The notes below the pieces were generated by a model. It ran no database searches. It worked only from the letters and a program-made list of their open reading frames with translations, and was not told where the DNA came from. Below, in pieces: positions 1 to 7,661 of a stretch of DNA of 18,474 nt. The stretch spans positions 1 through 18,474 of the forward strand of contig JASFEA010000063.1 in assembly GCA_050125095.1 (NCBI GenBank). The letters are read 5' to 3'. A program made the translations under genes and the position numbers. Within the stretch, counting starts at the first letter, position 1, and each line of letters begins with the position of its first letter. The DNA comes from a bacterium. Its GTDB lineage: Bacteria; Arandabacterota; Arandabacteria; Arandabacterales; JALGWA01.

Positions 1-2
1 GC

Positions 3-770
3 CTCAGGATCGTCGAGCAGGCCGCGAAGATGGTGCCGGGCCAGATCTGGATAAAGCGCGTGATCGCCGAGATGGGCGGCAAGGACACCATCGTGGTCGA
101 CAGCGATACCAATCTGGACGACGCCGTCGACGGCGTGCTCCGCTCGGCTTACGGGTTCCAGGGCCAGAAGTGCTCGGCGTGCTCGCGGGCGATCGTCGTG
201 AGCAGCGTATATAAGAAGTTCATCGACAAGCTCGTGCCGAAGGTCGAGGCTCTCAAGGTCGGACCGCCGCAGGACTTCGGCAATTACATGGGGCCTGTGG
301 TAAACGAGGGCGCCGCAAAGAGCATCATGAACTACATCAAGATCGGCAAGACGGAAGGCAGACTCGCGGCGGGCGGCAACAGGCTCTCCCGCAAGGGGTA
401 CTTCATCAGGCCGACCGTCATAAAGGACGTCAAGCCCCACGCCGTCATCAGCCAGGAGGAGATATTCGGACCGGTGCTGGCGGTGATCAAGGCGCGCAAT
501 TTCGACCATGCTCTTGAGATCGCCAACAATACCGAGTACGGGCTGACGGGCGCGGTGTACACCCGCAACAGCAGCAAAATCAACAAGGCCAAACAGGTCT
601 TCCATGTGGGCAACCTTTACATCAACAGGGGATGCACGGGCGCCCTCGTAGGCGTGCACCCGTTCGGGGGCTTTAATATGTCGGGCACCGACTCCAAGGC
701 CGGCGGAAGAGACTATCTGTTGCTGTTCACGCAGGCCAAGTCGATCTCCGAGAAGATCAGAAAGCGGTGA
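3..770 (+). CDS. pruA: 1-pyrroline-5-carboxylate (glutamate-gamma-semialdehyde) dehydrogenase, aldehyde dehydrogenase family; 5'-truncated by the window edge
   Basis: The frame is open from base 3 (LRIVEQAAKMVPGQIWIKRVIAEMGGK). ALDH motifs: EMGGK (catalytic Glu), FQGQKCSACSR (catalytic Cys), EEIFGP, YGLTG. PFGGFNMSGTDSKAGG is typical of RocA/PruA-type P5CDH. Confidence 0.9.
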   Translation, partial: LRIVEQAAKMVPGQIWIKRVIAEMGGKDTIVVDSDTNLDDAVDGVLRSAYGFQGQKCSACSRAIVVSSVYKKFIDKLVPKVEALKVGPPQDFGNYMGPVVNEGAAKSIMNYIKIGKTEGRLAAGGNRLSRKGYFIRPTVIKDVKPHAVISQEEIFGPVLAVIKARNFDHALEIANNTEYGLTGAVYTRNSSKINKAKQVFHVGNLYINRGCTGALVGVHPFGGFNMSGTDSKAGGRDYLLLFTQAKSISEKIRKR

Positions 771-775
771 TGTGA

Positions 776-2044
776 ATGAGGTCAGGACTCTGGATTCTGC
801 TCCTGGTGATACTCGCCGGAATCGTGGTCGGCACCCTGCTTAAGGGCAGGCTCAACGAGCCGGAGGAAATCGACGACATTACGGTGCTCCGTAGAATATC
901 CGCGGTGGAGGACCCCGAAGCCAAGATCGAGCAGCTGAGGCAATTCCTCGTGGACTACCCTGAAACCGAGTACGAGTCCGACGCCTACTACATGATCGCA
1001 GGCACAATGTTGAACGACCAGGGTGACACGAGCGGCATGATAGCTTTTGCAGAGGAGACGCTCGATGAGGTGGATGACCCGGAGACGCGGGCGGTCATGT
1101 ATTACAGGCTGTACCGCGCGACCGCCGAAACGCAGCCCAACGAAGCGTACATGTATGCGGTCAAACTGCGCGACTCGGGCCTCGAGGTCGCCTGGGTCTA
1201 CAACTACATCGCCTACGACTACGCGGAGAAAGCCAAGCGGCTGATGCTGGCGGCAACCCTGGCCGACCGGGCCGTCGAGTTCGCGGAGTCCGCAGAGGAC
1301 AGCTCGAGCTACCTTGATACGCGCGGATGGGTCCACTTCATGGCGCGTGATTATGAAAAGGCGCTTATCGATCTCGAAGAGGCCGTGCGCATTACCCCTG
1401 AGCCCTCCCCCGAAATCCTGGGGCACCTCGCCCGGGCCCAGCTCAAGTTGGGAAGGTCGGACGAGGCTTTCGACACCTTCCGCACCGTTCTGGTGATGGG
1501 TGAATACAGTGACGCCCGGGAGAATATCGCCGCCATCATGGACCGGAAGGGTTACACTGGCCGGCAGCGAGAGGCGTTCGAGAGCGACCTCTGGGCCGAG
1601 CGCATGGACCGGGCGGAGACTGTCGACCCGTTCACCCTGAAGACGCTGGACGGCAGCGATTTTGAATACAGGCCGGATGCGTCCACGCTGTCCATCATCA
1701 ACTTCTTCAGCCCCACCTGAACGCCGTGCCGTACGGAGTTACCGTACCTGGAAGAGGTTCACTTGGCATACGGCGACAGGGGAGTCAAGGTCATTATCAT
1801 CGACACCAGGAATCAGACTGAGGCGACGCGGAAGATAATGGACGGTATTCCGGTGACGGCCCTTGTCCTCCTGGACGACCGGCGCCTGGCCTGGGACGTC
1901 TTCGAGATTGTAGGGACGCCCACGACGCTTATTGTCGACGCGCAGGGCCGCGCCGTGTTCACGCATATAGGCTACGCGGAAGAGATGAACGAGATGCTCT
2001 CAAGCGAGATAGAGGCAATGCTCGAGAGGTCCGAAGCCCTCTAA
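776..2044 (+). CDS. Membrane-anchored TPR-repeat protein fused to a TlpA/ResA-like thioredoxin domain; probable selenoprotein (UxxC, TGA at 1718-1720), 422 aa by readthrough
   Basis: ORFs 776..1720 and 1763..2044 are in the same frame, separated only by TGA. Readthrough gives IINFFSPT-U-TPCRTELPYLEEVH, which aligns with the TlpA motif NFWATW-C-xxC-xxExP. The cis-Pro motif GTPTTLIVDAQGR follows. N-terminal hydrophobic anchor and TPR-like helices (YLDTRGWVHF...YEKALIDLEEAV; ILGHLARAQLKLGRSDEA) are present. Confidence 0.8.
1731..1747 (+). promoter_or_regulatory. Candidate bacterial SECIS hairpin
   Basis: GTACGG-AGTTA-CCGTAC forms a perfect 6-bp stem with a 5-nt loop containing GU. 16 nt separate the TGA (1718-1720) from the loop. 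Confidence 0.6.
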
Positions 2045-2048
2045 AAAT

Positions 2049-2123
2049 CCGGGGTCAGGTCTTGAAATGCATAATTTCAAGGTGCCTGACCCCTTCTCTA
2101 TGTGCATTCTGAGACCTGACCCC
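2049..2123. repeat. Intergenic REP-like repeat cluster (three copies of the GGGGTCAGG.../...CCTGACCCC unit); may also act as a terminator
   Basis: GGGGTCAGGTCTTGAAATGCA at 2051-2071; inverted imperfect copy ATTTCAAGgtgCCTGACCCC at 2074-2093, forming a hairpin; third inverted copy TGCATTCTGAGACCTGACCCC at 2103-2123 (18/21 identical). Confidence 0.75.
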
Positions 2124-2131
2124 ATTTTAGC

Positions 2132-2161
2132 TTGAACCGGCATTACCTGCGATGATATGAT
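2132..2161 (+). promoter_or_regulatory. Putative sigma70 promoter for the 2182 ORF
   Basis: TTGAAC (2132-2137), 18-nt spacer, extended -10 TG-A-TATGAT (2156-2161), then a GGGAG SD-like sequence before the ATG. Confidence 0.45.
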
Positions 2162-2181
2162 AGTGGGGCGGGGAGAATGAG

Positions 2182-2532
2182 ATGTCACGTCTGTCGCTGC
2201 TCACAGTTATTCTGCTTCTCTCGCTGTTCCCCTGGCCTGCGCCGAGCCATGCCCAATCCGATGAGCCCATTCAAATCGCCGCAGCCGGCGACCGGGCTAC
2301 AGAACTCCAGAAGCAGAGCGACTACCATCAGCGTGTGGAGAAGAAAAGGGAGGAAAGGGAGATTGAGAAGCAGGTTGCAGCCATAGCGGATACACCGACC
2401 GGTGGCCGGATTCTTGACGATTTCGTGCTGATATTGCTGGCGGTTTCCGCCAGCGCCATCTTCCTCATATCCAGACGAGTGCGCAGCGGGCGCAGGAGAA
2501 GAACGCGACCTCGCAGCCTACCGCTTGGCTAG
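2182..2532 (+). CDS. Hypothetical small exported or membrane protein (signal peptide, charged helix, C-terminal TM, Arg-rich tail)
   Basis: N-terminal signal peptide ending ...SHA-Q; charged helix (RVEKKREEREIEKQ); TM FVLILLAVSASAIFLI followed by RRVRSGRRRR; upstream SD and promoter-like sequence. Confidence 0.6.
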   Translation: MSRLSLLTVILLLSLFPWPAPSHAQSDEPIQIAAAGDRATELQKQSDYHQRVEKKREEREIEKQVAAIADTPTGGRILDDFVLILLAVSASAIFLISRRVRSGRRRRTRPRSLPLG

Positions 2533-3324
2533 CGTGCTCGAAGGGCAGTACTTCTCAAGGACGCAGTCTTCGCATCTCGGTTTCCTCGACTTGCAGACCT
2601 CCCTCCCGTGCAGGATGACTATGAAAGAGAAAGGCTGCCACTCGCGCCTCGGCAGAATCTCCATGAGGTCGAATTCAATCTTGACGGGGTCGGTATGCCG
2701 GGTAAGCCCGAGCCTGCCGCTCACTCTCTTCACGTGAGTGTCCACTGCGATCGCCGGCTTGTTGAATGAGCCCGCCAGAACAACATTTGCGGTCTTCCTT
2801 CCGACTCCGCGAAGTGTCACCAGGTCATCTATATTGTCGGGGACCCCGCCGTCGAACCTATCGACGATATCCTGCGACAGCTCCATAATGCTCTTGGCCT
2901 TGGCCCTGAAGAATCCGGTTGGTCTTATCTCCTTCTCCAGCGTGCTCCTTCTTGCCCGCGCGAAGTCCCCGGGAGAGCGGTACTTCTTGAAGAGAGTCTC
3001 CGTGACCATGTTAACCCTCTTGTCCGTGCACTGCGCCGAGAGAACAGTGGAGACCAGAAGCTGGAAGGGATTTTCGGCCTTAAGTGCGGTGCCCGCACCG
3101 GGGTACTTCTTCCTGAGGACAGCCGCTATGCGCTTTGCTCTCTTTCTGAGATCTTCCCTGCTCTCCCTTCCTCGCCTCGCCGGTGCTCTGCTTTTCGCTT
3201 TTACGGCGGCGGACCTTCCCTGGCGTTTCGCCTTCGATGACTTCCCCGCCGGCTCATTCTCTTCGGGTTTCTTCTTCGCGGACTTCTTCCCTGAAGACTT
3301 CTTCTTCGCCGTCGCCTTCTTCAT
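2518..3324 (-). CDS. nth: Endonuclease III (DNA glycosylase/AP lyase) with a Lys/Arg-rich N-terminal extension
   Basis: PFQLLVSTVLSAQCTD; HhH motif LRGVGRKTANVV; AVDTHVKRV; 4Fe-4S motif C-x6-C-x2-C-x5-C (CKSRKPRCEDCVLEKYC). Confidence 0.93.
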   Translation of the reverse strand: MKKATAKKKSSGKKSAKKKPEENEPAGKSSKAKRQGRSAAVKAKSRAPARRGRESREDLRKRAKRIAAVLRKKYPGAGTALKAENPFQLLVSTVLSAQCTDKRVNMVTETLFKKYRSPGDFARARRSTLEKEIRPTGFFRAKAKSIMELSQDIVDRFDGGVPDNIDDLVTLRGVGRKTANVVLAGSFNKPAIAVDTHVKRVSGRLGLTRHTDPVKIEFDLMEILPRREWQPFSFIVILHGREVCKSRKPRCEDCVLEKYCPSSTLAKR

Positions 3325-3353
3325 TTGTCTCGCTCTCCGTAGGACAATACGCC

Positions 3354-3989
3354 TTAGAATTCCTCCTTGACCTTCTGACTCAAGTGGGAGTTCCTGTTCC
3401 AGCTAATGAGTGTGAAAGCCCCACCGGCGTGTTCAAACACGCAATAGGCGGCGTTGTCGGTATAGAACTTCCAGAAGTAAGGCGGCGGCACATTGAGCAT
3501 GAAGGCGGCGAGCACCTTGATCACGGACCTGTGCGTCACGATAGCGATGGCCCCGTCCCTTGCCGAGACTATATCCTCAAGCCTGGCCGAGGCCCTTTCC
3601 CTGACGTCCTCCACGGACTCCCCTCCCGGCACCACCAGGTGCTCGGGCTCGGTTGTCCAGCGCCGCCACTCGTCCGGATAATCCTCCATCACCTTCTTCT
3701 TCGGGACGCCCTGCCAGCTGCCGAGGTTTATGTTATTGAAAGCCTCGTCAACCTCGTAGCCAATCCCGAGCGCAACCGCGATTGTCTGCGCGGTTACCGC
3801 CGCCCGTTTAAGCGGACTCGTCAAGATAAGATCGATCCCCTCGCCGACCAGGGCGTCTCCTGTCTCCCGGGCCTGCTTGAGGCCCACTTCGTTGAGGTCT
3901 ACGTCAAACCGGCCCCTGAATACCCCCAGGCGGTTGAATTCAGTCTCTCCATGCCTGACGAGATAGATCCTGGTGTTACGCTTTGCCAT
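3354..3989 (-). CDS. Histidine phosphatase / phosphoglycerate mutase family protein (PhoE/CobC/GpmB-like)
   Basis: LVRHGET, SPLKRA, PGGES and VTH motifs. Start placed at MAKRN (3989), overlapping the nfi stop, rather than at 4040. Confidence 0.85.
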   Translation of the reverse strand: MAKRNTRIYLVRHGETEFNRLGVFRGRFDVDLNEVGLKQARETGDALVGEGIDLILTSPLKRAAVTAQTIAVALGIGYEVDEAFNNINLGSWQGVPKKKVMEDYPDEWRRWTTEPEHLVVPGGESVEDVRERASARLEDIVSARDGAIAIVTHRSVIKVLAAFMLNVPPPYFWKFYTDNAAYCVFEHAGGAFTLISWNRNSHLSQKVKEEF

Positions 3990-4692
3990 TGCTATATCCG
4001 ATCGGTTGCCCAACCCCGCCCCGCACCTCGAGCTTGCCAACGCTCAGACTATGCGCAAGCCTAAGGGGCTCCGGGATACGATACCTGGGCGAACACGCCA
4101 GCACAAGGTCAACCGATGTCGCCAGGTCGATGCGGTTCCCCACGGACACGTATACGGGCTTCACCCCGTCCCGTGTGCGGACGGCCGCCCCTACAATGCC
4201 TCCGTCCCTGCCGTGCATATAAGACATCGAGCCCTTCCTGGCGCCGGGCTCGGCGAACTCCCCGTAGAGCACGGACTTGGCGCAGCCCAGAACGGGAGAG
4301 TCCAGCAGTATGCCGACATGAGTCGCCAGCCCCAATCCGCGCGGATGGGCAAGCCCCTGGGCGTCGCACATGAGAACGTCGGGTGCGGTCCGCACTTTCT
4401 CAAGACAGCCGAGGAGCGCCGGAACCTCCCGGAACGAAAGATAACCCGGCACATAGGGAAATCTCACCTTCCCCTTCTTGACGCGCGTCTCGACGATCTC
4501 CAGATCGGGGAAGGTGAGTACCACGACCGCCGCCAGCACTGTATTCCTGTCAGGTAAACCCACGTCGGCCGCAGCTATCAGCCGCACCTCGCGGCCGTCC
4601 CACTCGGGTACCAGCCGCCCTGCGAGCGCCAGCTGAATCTCTTTTGCGCGCGCGGTGCCGACCTTCCAAGGATGGAGTTTGAGGTATTTCAA
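3976..4692 (-). CDS. nfi: Endonuclease V (deoxyinosine 3' endonuclease)
   Basis: AADV, FPYVPGYLSFRE, DAQGLAHPRGLGLATHVG, GCAKS, PVYVSVG and RYRIPEPLRLAH motifs; ATGA-type overlap with the rhomboid stop. Confidence 0.93.
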   Translation of the reverse strand: MKYLKLHPWKVGTARAKEIQLALAGRLVPEWDGREVRLIAAADVGLPDRNTVLAAVVVLTFPDLEIVETRVKKGKVRFPYVPGYLSFREVPALLGCLEKVRTAPDVLMCDAQGLAHPRGLGLATHVGILLDSPVLGCAKSVLYGEFAEPGARKGSMSYMHGRDGGIVGAAVRTRDGVKPVYVSVGNRIDLATSVDLVLACSPRYRIPEPLRLAHSLSVGKLEVRGGVGQPIGYSNGKA

Positions 4693-5483
4693 GAACGCTT
4701 CCCGCTCTGCTTCTGGAGGAAGTTCCTTTCGCGGTTTGAAAGGGAATCCAGGCCCTCGCGGTTGATCTTATCTAGGATGCGGTCAACCTCGGCCCTGAGC
4801 TCCCGCTCCTTCTCCTCGTCTTTCCGCCGTGCCGCATCCTCTCTCCTTACCATGCTCCTCCGCTGCCAGCGCTTGAGGGGATACGTGATCCTCTCCCACT
4901 TAAGATATAAGTAGCCGACCACGAGACCGCCGAGATGCGCGAACCTCGCTACACCGGCATTCGGAAGGGCGAAAAGCGAGATGAGCTCGATGAGGCCGAT
5001 GAGCACGGCGAAATGCTTCGCCTTGATCCGGATGAAGAAATAGAGAAGAAGTTCCCTGTCCGGAAACGCCATCCCGAAGGCGATAATGAGCCCGAAGACG
5101 GCGCCGGATGCTCCTATGATGGGCACTGCCGAGTGCGGCTGCACGAGAACATTGACGACGCCCGCGCCGGCTCCCGTCACCAGGTAGTACTTGACGAACT
5201 CCCTGCTTCCCCAGTAGCGCTCCAGCTCCGAACCCATCATCCACAGGAACAGCATGTTGAAGAATATATGAAGCAGGCTGCCGTGGAGGAACATGTAGGT
5301 CACGAGTTGCCATATGAAGCCGCGCCCGAGAACCAGGGCCGGCACGAGGCCGAATACCCTGAGGTAGCCATCGGGGGCGAAGTGCTGGACGATGTAGAGT
5401 ATCAGGTTGATGAGGATGATAAGGCGCACGGCCCGGCTCAGCCCCGGCACTCTCGACTGGGTATATCTCATCCTGTAACTCAT
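4689..5483 (-). CDS. Rhomboid family intramembrane serine protease with a C-terminal soluble helical domain (DUF6576-like)
   Basis: WQLVTYMFLHGSLLHIFFNM, catalytic GASG, AHLGG and multiple TMs; tail EVDRILDKINREGLDSLSNRERNFL. Confidence 0.9.
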   Translation of the reverse strand: MSYRMRYTQSRVPGLSRAVRLIILINLILYIVQHFAPDGYLRVFGLVPALVLGRGFIWQLVTYMFLHGSLLHIFFNMLFLWMMGSELERYWGSREFVKYYLVTGAGAGVVNVLVQPHSAVPIIGASGAVFGLIIAFGMAFPDRELLLYFFIRIKAKHFAVLIGLIELISLFALPNAGVARFAHLGGLVVGYLYLKWERITYPLKRWQRRSMVRREDAARRKDEEKERELRAEVDRILDKINREGLDSLSNRERNFLQKQSGKRS

Positions 5484-5510
5484 GACCGGCTCCTGCTGCT
5501 GTTCCGCCTT

Positions 5511-5539
5511 ACTCTATTAGAAGCCCCATGCGAGGTCAA
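5511..5539 (-). promoter_or_regulatory. Putative sigma70 promoter for the rhomboid-nfi-phosphatase-nth operon
   Basis: Minus strand TTGACC (5539-5534), 17-nt spacer, TAGAGT (5516-5511). Confidence 0.5.
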
Positions 5540-5563
5540 GATGCAAGCGCCCGCCGTCTTGGC

Positions 5564-5592
5564 TTGAAAGTGCGTGTTCCTTCATATAGTAT
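5564..5592 (+). promoter_or_regulatory. Putative sigma70 promoter for the CHAT/ECF operon
   Basis: TTGAAA (5564-5569), 17-nt spacer, TAGTAT (5587-5592); GGGAG SD at 5601-5605 before ATG 5610. Confidence 0.5.
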
Positions 5593-5609
5593 GCGCGTGG
5601 GGGAGCCCG

Positions 5610-7022
5610 ATGAAGCCTATCGAGATTGAGATCATTCCCGTCTCCGGCGAAAGCGTCTCGGTGAGCGTGAACTTCAGTGCGCCGGGTTCCACACCTATCA
5701 TAAGGCGCTGGCATGTGGAGAGGTCCACGCTAGATGAGATAAACGGTACCATCGAAGAAATCGTAGAGAAGGCGCTTGCCGGGCGGTCCAGAGGCGGCGG
5801 AGGATCTCAGGGCGGCCCGGAGGGCGGACCCGCCGAGAGCCTCGAGAACGCCGGTCGGACTTTCTTTGAGGTCCTCTTCAGGCAGCAATGCGACCGCCTC
5901 AGAGCTGCGTTGCGCGGAGGCGACCTGTATTTCATCTTCAAAGTCGACCGCTCTCTTGCCCACCTTCCTTTTGAAGTGCTGCATGACGGCGAGAGGTTCC
6001 TCTCCAGGGACTTCGCCCTCGGAAGAGTGATTTATTCCGAAACCGGCCACCAAAACTCGGGCGGAGCCGCCGGCGGCGACCGGGTCCTGATACTGGGCGA
6101 CCCGTCCGATGACGCCGCCATAAGGGACGACGTCGAACGCGAGGTCGATTCGCTCAGGGACCTTTTCAAGAAAGAGGGCGGATACGGGATGACCATAGGC
6201 ATGGGACGGGAGGTAAGCGAACGCATGGTCCTGTCCCTGCTTCCCGAGACGGCCCTGCTTCATTTCACGGGTCACGGCGCGGCGGCCGCGGACGGCACCG
6301 CGGGCCTTGAGCTTTACAGGGACAGAGTTCTCTCGGCGGAGGCATTCAAGGGCGTCAAACATCCGCCCGCGGTGGCTTTCTTCAATACCTGCTCGACCGC
6401 GTCCCATGAGGCCTGGAGGTCTCCGCTGGGCATCATGGAAGCTCTTATATCAAGGGGCACCCGGGCCTGCATAGCCCCTGTATGGGACGTGGCAAGCGGC
6501 GCGGCGACATCCGTCGCCCTGGCCTTCTACAAACACCTGCTTAAGGACGAGACTTTCGGCGAGGCCCTGCGGAAAGCGAGAGCCGACGTGGCCCGGAACG
6601 GCGACCCCGGCGACCCGACATGGGCGGCCTACGCGCTTTACGGCGATCCGCTGTCCGGGCTCCGGACGCCCACGGGAGATGCGCGGGGCCGGAGGCGCGC
6701 GGGCATCGCCCTGCGCGTGGTATTCGCGGTGATAGCTGCGCTGCTGCTCCTTCTCACCCCCAGGACCATGGACAGGCGCATGACCGATGTTGTCGTTCCG
6801 GTCGAGGTCGGGTATGTTATATTCGAGTCCGAGCCGGCCGACGCAAGGATCTTCTTAGACGGCAAGGATGTCGGATTGACACCGGCGGCGATCGAGGTTA
6901 GCGTAGGTGAACATCAGGTAGCCCTGATGAAGAAGGGATACAGAAGGTGGCAGGCATCGGTAGACGTAAAGAAGGGTCCGGAAACCGTGGTGCGGGCCGT
7001 CCTGCAGAGAACAGAAGAGTAG
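5610..7022 (+). CDS. CHAT-domain (caspase/HetF-like) cysteine protease with a single TM helix and a C-terminal PEGA domain
   Basis: CHAT motifs LAHLPFEVL, LHFTGHG (His, 6273), FFNTCST (Cys, 6390), PVWDV, FYKHL, WAAYALYGDP. TM IALRVVFAVIAALLLLLT after RRR. PEGA motif ESEPADARIFLDGKDVGLTP...VGEHQVALMKKGY. Start moved to ATG 5610 because of the SD. Confidence 0.88.
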   Translation: MKPIEIEIIPVSGESVSVSVNFSAPGSTPIIRRWHVERSTLDEINGTIEEIVEKALAGRSRGGGGSQGGPEGGPAESLENAGRTFFEVLFRQQCDRLRAALRGGDLYFIFKVDRSLAHLPFEVLHDGERFLSRDFALGRVIYSETGHQNSGGAAGGDRVLILGDPSDDAAIRDDVEREVDSLRDLFKKEGGYGMTIGMGREVSERMVLSLLPETALLHFTGHGAAAADGTAGLELYRDRVLSAEAFKGVKHPPAVAFFNTCSTASHEAWRSPLGIMEALISRGTRACIAPVWDVASGAATSVALAFYKHLLKDETFGEALRKARADVARNGDPGDPTWAAYALYGDPLSGLRTPTGDARGRRRAGIALRVVFAVIAALLLLLTPRTMDRRMTDVVVPVEVGYVIFESEPADARIFLDGKDVGLTPAAIEVSVGEHQVALMKKGYRRWQASVDVKKGPETVVRAVLQRTEE

Positions 7023-7660
7023 CCTCGGGACGCTCCCACCCCCGCCGGGCACTGTCCCTGTTGCTTACATTCACCGTGTTGGCCGCATCGACGCTTCCGT
7101 TATCTTCCCCCGCCGTGGGCGCGGAGCTCCCCGACCTGGACGTAAAGGACCTATGGGACTATCCCGAGAACCTCCGCTCCATAGTGGCGGACGGGACGAC
7201 TCTCTTCTTCATATGCGACCCCAAGGTCAAGGAGTGCAGAGAGGGCGCGGTCTTCATCGAGAATCGCGCCTCGGGCATCAATGAGGCCGGCGCGAAGCTC
7301 GTGATGCTGTTCCGCGGCGGCGCCGCGGAGGTACGCAGCGCAGCTCTCGACATGGACCTGGACTCCGACATCTACATAGACGAGGACGGCCACGTCATAG
7401 ATGCGGTTCTCGATGAGGACATCCTGCCCGCCCTCCTCCTGGTCTCAAGCGATGGGACGGTGCTAGAGGCCGTTTACGGCGGCGGAGAATCCCTGGCCGG
7501 CAACATCGAGCAGATTCTACGGTACGAAGTGCCGGAGCCGCCCCCTCCCCCGCCGGCACAGGTTGCCGAGCCCGAAAAGAAAGGCTCGGGCAGGTGGAAG
7601 TACATTCTTGGAGCCGCCGCGGTTATCGTCCTGGGGACTCTCCTGTTCGTAATCGACTGA
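6947..7660 (+). CDS. Exported thioredoxin-fold (redoxin-like) protein with a Pro-rich linker and C-terminal TM anchor; start codon uncertain
   Basis: Signal-like segment RRALSLLLTFTVLAASTLPLSSPAVGA; redoxin-like LPDLDVKDL...LFFICDPKVKECRE...LPALLLVSSDG; PEPPPPPP linker; C-terminal TM YILGAAAVIVLGTLLFVI. Confidence 0.65.
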   Translation: MAGIGRRKEGSGNRGAGRPAENRRVASGRSHPRRALSLLLTFTVLAASTLPLSSPAVGAELPDLDVKDLWDYPENLRSIVADGTTLFFICDPKVKECREGAVFIENRASGINEAGAKLVMLFRGGAAEVRSAALDMDLDSDIYIDEDGHVIDAVLDEDILPALLLVSSDGTVLEAVYGGGESLAGNIEQILRYEVPEPPPPPPAQVAEPEKKGSGRWKYILGAAAVIVLGTLLFVID

Positions 7661-7661
7661 T

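Noticed and set aside
1763-2044. Standalone 93-aa ORF starting at TTG
   Set aside because: It is only the second half of a thioredoxin fold and lacks the active site; better explained as the continuation of 776..1720 through TGA.
2049-2123. CRISPR mini-array linked to the CHAT protease
   Set aside because: The units are inverted and closely spaced with no unique spacers of regular length, and there are no cas genes in the window.
2738-4557. Long plus-strand ORFs (2738..3370, 3183..4064, 3973..4557) and similar antisense ORFs elsewhere
   Set aside because: They lie antisense to well-supported genes (nth, phosphatase, nfi) and have no motifs of their own.
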